Assembly: GCA_023213395.1 (NCBI GenBank)
Contig: CM041465.1
Coordinates: 136,593,741-136,657,740, forward strand
Reading direction: 5' to 3'
From: Cycas panzhihuaensis
Taxonomy: Eukaryota; Plantae; Cycadophyta
DNA length: 64,000 nt
The translations under genes were made by a program, and so were the position numbers. The first letter of the stretch is position 1. Each line of letters opens with the position of its first letter. Below the pieces are notes generated by a model. It was not told the DNA's origin, did no database searches, and saw nothing but the letters and a program-made list of their open reading frames with translations. This document shows, in pieces, positions 53,370-64,000 of this stretch.

Positions 53370-54778
53370 ATGATAATGGATCAAATCCTTCAACACCAGA
53401 CCCAGACCTTTATCCCGTCTCCCAGGAAATCCTATCGAGATGTGTTGCAATCAAATGAACAGGAGACTTTTGACCTAACCCCTGAGGTAATTGATAACAA
53501 AGTCAGACTGAAAATACCCCCAACTCTTGCTGAGAGAACTGAGAAACTCTGGGAGAACTGCTTGGTTGGCGTGTTCCTGCCTAGGCCGCCTCGAACCCAT
53601 CGTGTCGGACGAGATCCAAATGAAAAATGACCGGAAGTGTGGAAGTTATAGCCATGCCCAAGGGCTATGTGCTATTCAAGTTCTCCTCCTATGAAGACAT
53701 GTCCAGTATTCTGCTTAGGGCACCTTGGATGTTTGGCAGGAAAGCCCTGTCACTGGAGAAATGGCACAGGGACTTTGATCCCTCCTCTCCAAAAATTAAA
53801 CAAGCCCCCTTATGGATCCAGCTTCCAGGTCTTCCATTGCATCATTGGAACCTAGAAGTTTTCAGGGGTATAGCTAAGGCGGTGGGTCCCCTTCTAGCTG
53901 TTGATTCCGCGACAAAGAACAAGAGCAGGCTCATCAACGCCAGGATCTGTGCTCTAACACGGCTCGACAAACCCCTCTTGGATGATATCTGGCTAGAGCT
54001 ACCAGAAGGGACTTGGGTGCAGCCGTTGATTTATGAAATGGATCACATAAGGTGCTCCACCTGCAAAATATTGGGCCACTTGCCCCAAAAATGCCCAGGC
54101 ATTCAACCTCCTACGGTGGAGACCGATAAGGCCTCCCCAGAACCAAATGCCCAGGAGAAGAAGGAAGAAATTTAGGAGGTGACTCCAGAATGTGAAGGTC
54201 ACACAGAGTCAGGTGCGACCCTTATAGGGGATTTGGATTTTGACCCTAATGAAGAGGATACGCTCCTTGAGGAAGGAGAGCTAGCGGTGCAGACTTTTGC
54301 GGCTTTGAGCAGCCAGGTTGGCGAGGTATGCTTAGGGGCTTCTTTCCCTGCTAGGATCACTCCAAAGACTCAAACCACCCTTCTTGAATTATTCCAAGTG
54401 AGCGATAAGAAAGATGAGGGAAGGTTAGGCCTGCCCTATGCTGTGGTGGTTGCTGTTATTCCTAGCGAACCGTTGCCCCAGGGGCAGTGGGTAAAGGAGT
54501 CAGCACCCTTAGGGGAGGTTTTAGGGGAGCCAGATTCAGCATCAACTCCTCAACCGGCTTTGAAAAAGCTCCCGGATGTGGGTGCTGAAAGGAAAGTTGG
54601 GAGGCCGCCACTAAAGCTCCTAAGGGAGAAAGAAACGGCTACCCAAGTAGATCAAGGTAGCCAGAAAACCTTAAAGGAGACGTTTTTGGAAGGGCCTACC
54701 CTTAGATCCAGCACTGCGGGCAAGGAGTCTCCCAAAGGAGAGCCTGTGGAAGTATGGAAGCAAAGGAAAAAGAGATGA
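53370..54778 (+). pseudogene. LINE-B ORF1 (DUF4283 plus CCHC zinc knuckle)
   Basis: ORFs 53370-53630, 53627-54175 (APLWIQLPGLPLHHW; CSTCKILGHLPQKC) and 54179-54778. Confidence 0.92.
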
Positions 54779-57700
54779 AACTTTTATGTTGGAATATTAG
54801 GGGTCTTAATGCCCCCTCGAAGTAGAGAATATTAAAGGATATGCGCAATAAATATCTTCCGGACTTAATATTCTTGCAGGAAACCAAAATAAACAAGGAG
54901 AATGGCCAAAGGGCCATAAACAAAATCTGGAAATCGGCTGAAAGTATTGAGATCGACTATGCTCAAGGAGTGGGGGGCCTAATGGTTCTATGGGACCCAT
55001 CGACATGGTTGGGAGAACTTGTTCTAGCGAAGGGATCTTTTATTTCGATCCGGTTAACCAACAGAAGCAACAATCTTTCGTGGATAGCAACAAATGTTTA
55101 TGCTCCAAATAACCAAGAGGCTAGGAAGAAGCTCTGGGATAGGATACTGGAGGTCCACAGGGACTACCAACAATCTTGGTTGTTGGCGGGAGATTTTAAT
55201 TCGGCCCTGTCCCCGGGCGATAAGAGAGGAGGCTCTGGTGGATGGACTAACAGCATGGGCGAATTCAGTGCCTTCCTTCAACAGGGGGCCTGGAGGATAT
55301 TAAGCTCAGGGGGGCTTCGTTTACCTGGTCAAATAAGAGGCTGGGGAATCACCTTATCCAAATTAAGTTGGACAGGGTGTTGGTTAATTATGAGGGGTTG
55401 AGGAACTTTAGTGATCTCACTCTTGAGGCATTACCAAGAATGAGCTCGGATCACTCCCCTCTCCTGCTGCAATTTGCGGCTCCTGGAAACTACATGGGCT
55501 CTCCCTTCAGGTTCGAGCTTATGTGGATGCGGCACCTCGATCTTCGGACCAGGATCGAGGAATGGTGGCAGATTCAGATTAAAGGTCATGCTATGTATAG
55601 ATTTTCGAAAAAGCTCGACTGGATCAAGAGACAAATTAAGGTATGGAATAAGGAGGTATTCCAAAATATCAATAAGCAGAAAGATAAAATCACAAATGAC
55701 CTGAAGACCATAGAGGATAGGATTGAAAGCACAGGCAGATCTCCAGAGATAGATAAGACCGAAAAGGAGCTGGTCGAGAAGTTAGATGAGTTTCTCATTA
55801 GAGAAGAAATTCTCTAGAGGCAGAAATCCAGGGCTCTACGGGTGAGGGGGATAGGAACACAAAATTCTTCCATATGACCACAGTGAAGCATAGAGCAAAC
55901 AATAAAATTTCCTACCTCCAAAAGGAAGATGGTACAGTCATTAGCTCTATGGAGGATATGAAGGATCTGGCCAGTGCTTACTTCAAGGATCTTTTTTCGG
56001 ACCCCCAGGAAAGGGACACGAACAGCAGGAAAGATTTCCTAAACAATATTCCCAGATTGGTGAATGAAACTCAAAATGCTCACCGACCCTTGTTTCACCA
56101 TCGAAGAGGTCAGGGCAGCCCTCTTCAGCATGAGAAAGGACAAAGCTCCTAGGCCGGATGGTTTCCCTCCAGGCTTCTTCCAAGAATATTGGGATATTAT
56201 AAAAGAAGACCTTATGATGGCCTTGCAGGAATTCTACACAAACAAAAAGATGTTGCAGGAATGGCAGGCTACATTCCTTGTCCTAATCCCAAAGAAAGAT
56301 GGAGCGAAAAGGATGGAAGAGTTCTACCCTATCAGCCTATGCAATGTCAAATATAAGATATTAACCAAGGTCCTAGTTAACAGGCTAAAGAATATTATGC
56401 CAAATATTATCTCTCATAACCAGGATGGATTCCTTTGTGGAAGGCAGATATATGATGGATATATTGTTGTCCATGAAACCATACACTCGTCTGCCGAAAG
56501 GAAGGAGCCAGTGATGCTTATCAAGATCGATCTCATGAAAGCCTTCGATAGGGTCTCCTGGGATTGCTTGTTGGACTGTTTGGAGGCCTTTGGCTTCGGG
56601 GAGCTATGGCGAACTTGGATCAATTTGTGCATTGGAAAGCCGCAATTCTCTGTCATTATCAACGGGTTGTCATCTAGATTCTTCCTCGGTTTCCAGGGTT
56701 TGAGGCTAGGCGACCCCTTGTCCCCCTTTTTATTCATTACGATGGCTGAGATGCTGGGCAGAACTCTAGAGTCTGCCAGGAGGCTGGGCTCTCTTATTGG
56801 TATAAAAGCAACGTCAGGGATGGACAATGTGGTTCACCATCAATTCGTTGATGACAACATCCTCCTGGGGAAGGCAACTGTTAGAGAGGCTTCCAGATTT
56901 AAAGACATTCTGGGGCAATTTGAGAAGGCCTCAAACCAGAAGATTAGTCTCAAGAAGAGTAGCGTCTTTTTCCTTAATACCCCAAGTCATATCCAAGGCA
57001 GGATCAGCAGAACCTTAGGCATGGATATAAAAAAGCTTCCCACAATTTACTTGGGATTGCCCCTATTTGTTGGCAAGATGTCCAAAGATATGTGGAACCC
57101 TCTCTTAGATAGAATTCAAAGGAAGCTTACGGGATGGAAAGGTGCCCTGCTGAGTTCAGCTGGTAAGCTTCAGCTAGTCGCCTCTACACTTCAGAGTATT
57201 CCTGTATTTTGGATGTCCATCTTTAGGGTCGCGCCGGGCATATCAGATACTATCGAATCTATCCAGAAAAGATTCCTCTGGTCTGGAACAGAATGCAGAG
57301 ACAGGATTCACTTGGTGAGCTAGAGCAAAGTTTGCTCTCTGAAATGGGCCAGTGGCCTAAACTTGCGAAGGATCTCATTATTCAATGCTGCCCTTGAGGC
57401 TAAGCTCGGTTGGAGATTGTTCAAAGGAGGAGAGAGACCTTGGGAGAAGATTCTCTCTAAGAAATATATTCAGGGGGGCTCGTTGTTGGACTACAGTGTC
57501 TCGTTGGCTGGCTCTGCAGTCTGGAGAAGCATCCTCAAAGCTTGGGCCGCCATAAAGGATGGGCTAAAATGGAGATTGGGCGATGGAAATTTTATAAGAT
57601 TCTAGGATGATGTGTGGTGTTGCGACAAGGCCCTGAAGGGGTTCCCAGATTTGGAGCCTCTAATGGCTCCTTGTGTTAGGCTTTTCGGTAAGTTGATCAA

Positions 57701-58960
57701 AGACTACTGGACTGTGAGAAGTGGCAACAGGGCCTGGAGGAACTTTGAGGAAATTCAAGGGACATGCTATCTGCAGGAGGGTCTCAATAAGATCAAAAGG
57801 ATCCTCAGTAAGAGTTATATCCCTATAACCCTGATGTAGGATTCGGTGGTGTGGCCATTTAGCTCGTCTGGGGAGTATACCATGAAGCAGGGCTACCAAT
57901 TCCTTTGCCATATAAGGGGGGATCTTAAAAACCCAATGCTGGAAGGCGTTTGGAGGCTTTCCATCATTCCCAAAATAGTTCTCTTTTGGTGGACCTGACT
58001 CAGGTGCAAAATCCTCACTGTGGATAACCTGAAGAGGCATGGGTTCCTATTGGCGAATAGGTGTATCCTATGCTGCAACGAGGAGGAATCCATCGACCAC
58101 ATCTTCCTAGAGTGCCCGTTCACTAGGGAGGTCTGGAGGATGTTGCTCGATAAGCTGGAAGTGTATTAGATATTCTCGCAAAAGATTTCTGACCTGTGGC
58201 TGGCATGGCATAGCCCTTTCAAAAGCTTTACGCTCAGCCGCATCTAGAGGAATACTCTCCCGATTTTGGCTTGGAACATCTGGAAGGAGAGGAACAGAAG
58301 GACTTTCCAAGGTAAAGAGTTGGATCAGATGGGAGTCTTTAGCAGAGTCTGCTCGGACATCAAGGAGAGCGTGGGCAATGCTAAAGAGAAACGTATAATC
58401 CTGTCAGAAAATAGGATTCTCCTCAAATGGGGCATAGATCCGGAAATTACAGCATCTAAATCTAGAAGTACCAGATGGATTCCTCCGGTAGAGCCATGGT
58501 ACAAAATCAATTTTGATGGGGCGGCAAAAGGAAACCCTGGGGAAGCGGGAGGTGGGGGGACCTGCAGGGACTGGAATGGTGCCCTCATTTGGGCCTTTGC
58601 AGACTACTATGGATCCCAGACCAATAACTATGCAGAAATGCATGCTATGATCAAAGCCCTCGACCTTGCCCGCCGAGGGGGATTACAGAGATTGGTGATT
58701 GAGGGGGACTCTGAGGTTGTCTTGAACTCGCTGAAAGGTGTAGCCCGCCCAGACTGAAAATTCCAGGCTATCATTAATGATGCCAAAGATACCATTCAGG
58801 GCCTATTGGAAGTTTGTATTAGACACACCCTAAGAGATGTGAATAAAGCAGCAGATTTTTTGGCAAACTGGGGGGTGAAAAATAAGAGAGGGCAAGTGTG
58901 GAGATGCGATTTCCCTAGAGACCTTCTGACTCTGGTAGAGAAGGATATGATTTGCAATAG
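54775..58960 (+). pseudogene. LINE-B ORF2 (APE, RT, zf-RVT, RNase H), with a few stops and frameshifts
   Basis: MKLLCWNIRGLN; LQETK; GDFN; SDH; KAPRPDGF; GLRLGDPLSP; FVDD; KINFDGAAKGNPG...AEM...IEGDS. Confidence 0.95.
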
Positions 58961-61900
58961 CTAGCCGTGGGGCTTGTCCCGGCGATCTAGTTCCTTTTGC
59001 CTATTCCATGGGGTTGTCACGAATAGCTCTATCCTGGTTTCCTCCAGGTATTGATGTACTAGGTTGTGGGATCCTGCCTTCAAACCCACTTTAATTTATT
59101 TTTACCTTATCAAAAAAAAAAAAATACCTCTTCAGGGACTGACAATCAAACTATTATGTGTGATCAGTATAACCATAAAGGATACTTTACAAAAGATTAT
59201 AAAATTGTTACTTATAAGTTGGCAAGTTCCAACTAAAACATAGAGCTCATAATGTTGAAGAAACTTGTGAAGAATCATTTAGTAGTATAGGCTTTGTATG
59301 AGCACACTTTTAAAGAATTAAAGGATCTTCAGTATCAAATACCACTAACCAACCATAGAGATACTTTGAAGCTCGATATGAATATATCACTTATGAATTC
59401 CTTTCACCAATGCTAAGTCCTATTGGAATTATAAACAATATTACTTCAATCGATGGATAGTGGATCATGGACACAGGAACAACTCAACATATGATATGCA
59501 ATCACAGTTTATATCAAACATTTGACTCAAATGTTCAAGGAGTTTTTCACATGGCTAACAAATCACAATAACCTATTGAAGGAATTAGTAACATTCACCC
59601 GAAACTCTCAGGCTTAAGAGATTTTACATTACTTCATATCTTAGACATTTCTAATCTCAAATAAAACCTACTCTCCTTATCTACACTTATCTCTCATGGA
59701 TTTAATTTGAGTGTAATCGCAAATGACTAGACTCTCTAGGTCATTCATCCTCTAACTAATCGAGTGTTCTTGACTAGACATCTCAGGGGTAAACTCTTTC
59801 AACTAAATGGCTCTCCATCTTTTGAAGCCCATTGTACCCAGAGCCCTTATATCAATGAAGAATTTGTATATAACACCATCCTAACCCACCCAATGTTATC
59901 ACTAGAAGCTCTTTAGCATGCTCACATGGGCCATATTCACATTGATAGACTTAGAGATCTTTGTAATACTCTTCCAAGTCTTCCAAAGTTCTCCTATAAT
60001 CCCTTCAAATGTGAAGCTTGTATCATTGCCAAATCTCATCGATAACCCTTTTCTAAAAGTCAATGGAAATTGAGCCATCCATCACAATTGGTACACTCTG
60101 ATCTATGCAAACAAATACCCATTCCTTCACTCAAAGGCAAGTTATATTATATCTTTTTCATTAATGATTTCACTAGGAAAGTATATGTAGCTTTTCTACA
60201 CAAGAAAGATAAAGCTTTCTGTGTATTCAAAGAATTCAAAGACCACACTAAAAAAGAGTCAGGTTATCAACTTAAATATCTTTGAACTAATAATAGTGGC
60301 GAATATATCTCACATGAGTTTGAAATCTACCTTTGAGATAATGGCATCAAACATCAATAATAGTAGTAGGTACCCCACAACAAAATAGAGTTACCAAGCA
60401 TATGAAAAGAACAATCATAAACATGGCTCGAGCTATATTGGTATACAAAAATATACCTGCCTACCTATGGGCTGAAGTTATCTGGATAGTTGTTTATTAC
60501 ATCAATGCTATTAGCCCATCAAAGAAAGGATAGTTACCTAATGAAAAGTGGTCAGGATAAGCCTCCATTATTTACTACTTTAAAATTATTGGCTCTACAT
60601 AGTATGCCTACATTCTAGATGTAGATCAAAATAAACTCTAATCAATGGTACTTAAAGGCATCTTTGTTAGATACCCTATGGATAAGAAAGGGTATAAGGT
60701 CTCTATACCTTCACAATGAAAAATCATCATTACTAGAGATGTATTTTTTATAGAGATAGAGGATTAGTTGTTTAGACTAGAATCTAAAACACCCTTATAC
60801 CACTACAATGATGTTATCAAGTTTAATGTTTAAATTCTAAAACTTGAGGGGGGGGGGCATATATAAATTACTCTAAATATTAGAAGCTGATAATAGAGCC
60901 TCAGAAGATATAAGTTGTGACTTTAAACTGATGAGTGCACACCCAACACCATCCTTTGAAGATAGTAGAGTTGACAAAGGCAAAGCCATTATGGAAGAAT
61001 CATAGTCTCCACCTTCAAATGATAAAGGCAAAATAGTGGTAGAAGGATCATCTTCCCCAGGTGCGCCAATATCCTCCTCAAAAAATGATCATTTTAATGA
61101 ACAAGATGAATACCATAAAGTTGAGGAAATGAGGACCTCATTCCCAACTTGAGAATCTCGTGATGCCTGCTAGTTCAATAAGGACATATAACTAGATAAG
61201 GTAGGAAAATTTGGCACTCGAAGTGCCTATAGAGTAAGAATGCAAGAATCATTATATATTGAGCTTAAATTAGTAGAATTTCACCTTACTCTTAATGAAG
61301 AGCCCCTCTTATACCAGGAAGTTATGAAATATATAGTTTAGAGAAATACAATAAATGAAGAATACCAATCTCTCATAAAAAATTGTACATGGGAGCTTGT
61401 TGATCTACTACTTGGTAGAAAGGTAGTTTAAAATAAATGGGTGTTCAAAAACAAATATAAATTAGATGACACTCTTAAAAAACACAAAGCAAGGTTAGTA
61501 GCTAAAGGATTTATACAAAGGGAAGGTATTGACTACACTGAAGTCTTTGTATCTATAGCCAAGTGGCCTACAATTAGAACTCTTGTGGACTTAGCTGCTC
61601 AATGGGGCTAGAAAATCCATTAGCTTGATATTAAGATTGTGTTTCTCAATGGGGATCTTGAAAAAGAAATTTACATGGCTTATCCAAAAGGATATGAGAT
61701 CAGAGGTCAAGAGCATAAGGTTTACAAACTTAGAAATTCCTTGTACGACCTTAAACAAGTCCCTTATGCTTAGTTTGCCAAGTTATCTAAAAGAGTGAGG
61801 TAACTTAGATATGAAGTTTATGATTGTCAAGATATTGATGTAACATTGTTCATCAAGTGCCAAAAAGATAAAGTTACTTGTTTCATAATCATTATGGATG

Positions 61901-63289
61901 GCATGCTAGTAATGAGTAATAGTGAACAAACAATAAGCCAGCTAAAAAAATGACCTTGGCAAAATATTCAAATTGTCTGACCTCGGTTTGATGAAATATT
62001 ACTTAGGGATTGAAGTAACATAAAAGAATGGAAAAATTTTTCTCTCCTAAGAAAAATACATCAACAATCTTCTAACCAAGTTTTAGTTAGAAGATGCTCA
62101 ACCAGTGGCTTTAACTATGGACCCTAATACTAAACTCTCAGTTGATGGTAACACTAGGGTGGCAGACGTAATACTCTACAAGAAATGTATAGGTAATCTT
62201 ATCTAAACTACTAATACAAGGCTAGATATTACACATTTTGTCGGCATTCTTGCATGATTCATGACAAATCCTAAGTAGAATCACTAATAGGCTGTAGTTC
62301 AAGTGTTAAAATACCTAAAGACGGCCAACAAATTTGGTCTATTATATAAACCTAATAATGAATTTAAGCTTTTTGCATACACAGACTCAGATTTTGTAGG
62401 AGATAAAGATATAAGAAGATCTACACCTGGGTATGTAACATTTCTTGGAACAGTACTAATATCATGGAAATCTAGATAGCAGAAGATAGTTGTTGATTCA
62501 ACTACCGAAGCTGAATACATTACTGCTTCTAAGACCAACAAGGAGGTGATATGGCTTAGAAAATTATTAGAAACATTGAATATCACCCAAACAAGTCCTA
62601 TTGGCATTCGTATGGATAATCAATTAATAATCCACATGGCAAAAAATCTTGTATTTCACGATCGTATAAAACACGTAAGTACGAAAGTTAATAAAATTAG
62701 AGAACTAGTTCATGATAGCATAATTCAACTGGAATACTACCCCATAATAGATCAAGTGGCTGATAGCTTTACCAAACCACTATAAAAGGTAAATTTGAAT
62801 AGTTCTGAAGGCATCTTGACCTTAGCACCTTCATCTTTGATTAATCAAAGAAGATGGCAACATGATCATTATACTCTATTCTATTTATGAAAACCCCTTC
62901 TGGGTGCAAAAGAATAAGAGTAAGTCTCTGCTCTATCCTATTTGTGAAAATCCCATCGGAGCACAGAAGGATAAGGATTGTACTAATTTTAGAAAATCAA
63001 AATATGTGAAAACCTGAAAAGGCATAGGGGATGACTAAATGGTATATGAAGACTCAATAGATCAAGTTGTACATTTAAGTTGCTTGGATACTAGGCTACA
63101 TCAAGAGCCACCTTAGCCATTTTGATTTATAAAATGGGTTATAGATCTTGGAAAGTCCATGGGTTTTTATTTCTCATGAGAGTTTTCCTACAAAAGTGTC
63201 ATTTAAAATTTTAATATAATAATGAAGCTTAAATAAAGACCTCATAGAATGGATTTTCTCAAATAACCTTCCATTATTAATGGGGGAAT

Positions 63290-63602
63290 CGAAAGAGGTT
63301 AATATATCAAGGTCATTTATGTAGATTAATTAAGTGACCTTAGGGTATATTGTTAGCATTAGTCTCTTAGTAAAATATACTTTATGTACATTTAGTTATA
63401 ATTTTAGGTTTATGTCATTAGGTAGGAAAATCCTAACCCTAATACTCACCCTCAATAATAAAAGGCGAAATCTCAAGGAGAGAGTCATTATTCATTCTCA
63501 CCTCCAAGCTTTATTCTCATATCTTATTTTCATCTCTTTTTCATTCTCCATTTCCATTGTATGCATGTGAGTGATTTATTTCCTAGATCCATCCTTCCTT
63601 CA
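63290..63602 (+). repeat. Copia-C 3' LTR
   Basis: Direct repeat of 49677-49989 after the PPT. Confidence 0.93.
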
Positions 63603-64000
63603 TAATAGGAACTTAATAATACTTTTGAGATGACTAATCTTAGACTACTTCATTATTTTCTTCGTATTAAAATTTAGTAAGAACTATGTTACACTTTCTA
63701 ATCACAAGCCAAATGTATGAATGAGCTCTTATAGTGTTTCAGAATGAGTGACTATAAATATTTCTCTATACCTATAAAGACTAGAACCAAGCTAGGTTTG
63801 AATGAATAGGGACAACTATCAATTCCACTCTTTATAGAGAACTTATAGGGAGTTTAATTTATCTTACTTATACTCATACTGATATCTCATATGTAGTTAG
63901 GATTTGTTCAAGGTTTATGTCTTAACATAAGATATCATATTGGAAAGTTACAATTAGAATTCTTAAGTACATCTGTAACACCTTACAACATGGACTTGAC

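Larger units (their letters stand above)
52798..59122 (+). mobile_element. Full-length L1-clade LINE with RNase H, younger copy (LINE-B)
   Basis: 16-bp TSD AATACCTCTTCAGGGA (52782-52797 / 59123-59138); poly(A) at 59112-59124; CpG-rich 5'UTR. Confidence 0.96.
49677..63602 (+). mobile_element. Ty1/Copia element (Copia-C) nested in the RT of Copia-B and containing LINE-B
   Basis: LTRs 49677-49989 and 63290-63602; TSD CAATA/TAATA; PBS TGGTATTAGAGC at 49992; PPT AATGGGGGAA. Gag from about 51921, PR WIMDTGTTQHM about 59460, INT 60070 onward (LVHSDLC), RT about 61350-62300, RH about 62380-62800. Confidence 0.93.
34910..64000 (+). mobile_element. Old Ty1/Copia element (Copia-B), split by two nested insertions and running off the window
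   Basis: Gag 37100-38066; PR (LIDSSATYHM) about 47350; integrase about 48060-48500; RT 49100-49676 resuming at 63603 (ELNNTFEMTNLRLLHYFL). Reading frames rejoin across both insertions. Confidence 0.88.

Noticed and set aside
52986-53450. 154-aa antisense ORF in the LINE 5'UTR (ORF0-like)
   Set aside because: No recognisable motif, the GC-rich context favours chance ORFs, and no counterpart is evident in LINE-A.

Overview
AT-rich plant intergenic/heterochromatic DNA with no intact host gene. It is a nest of decayed retrotransposons; the PR-aRH domain order of one Tat element is compatible with a gymnosperm (inference). From left to right: (1) a Gypsy gag-protease remnant (1-1300, minus); (2) a Copia 3' end whose LTR is split by a complete CRM-like chromovirus (3912-10633, TSD TACTC); (3) a large TatIII-like Gypsy on the minus strand (candidate 3' LTR 11698-12160, gag-PR-aRH 32200-34900, decayed accessory ORFs between). 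The Tat element is interrupted by a non-autonomous Copia-type element (17874-23323, TSD ATTTT), a full-length L1-clade LINE (25793-31976), and a Copia element that runs off the window. That Copia contains an Athila-like Gypsy (38067-47243) and a second Copia (49677-63602), which in turn contains a younger LINE of the same family (52798-59122). The most notable observations are three. The non-autonomous LTR element carries an antisense chimera of host-gene pieces (RSZ-type SR splicing factor + ABCE1/RLI + an unidentified third piece). The Athila-like element has two extra Gag-capsid-like repeats in frame between protease and RT. Both LINEs share tandem 3'UTR stem-loops with a conserved loop and different stems. 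LTR/TSD boundaries were read directly from the sequence; coordinates of decayed domains are approximate and come from manual translation, not database searches.
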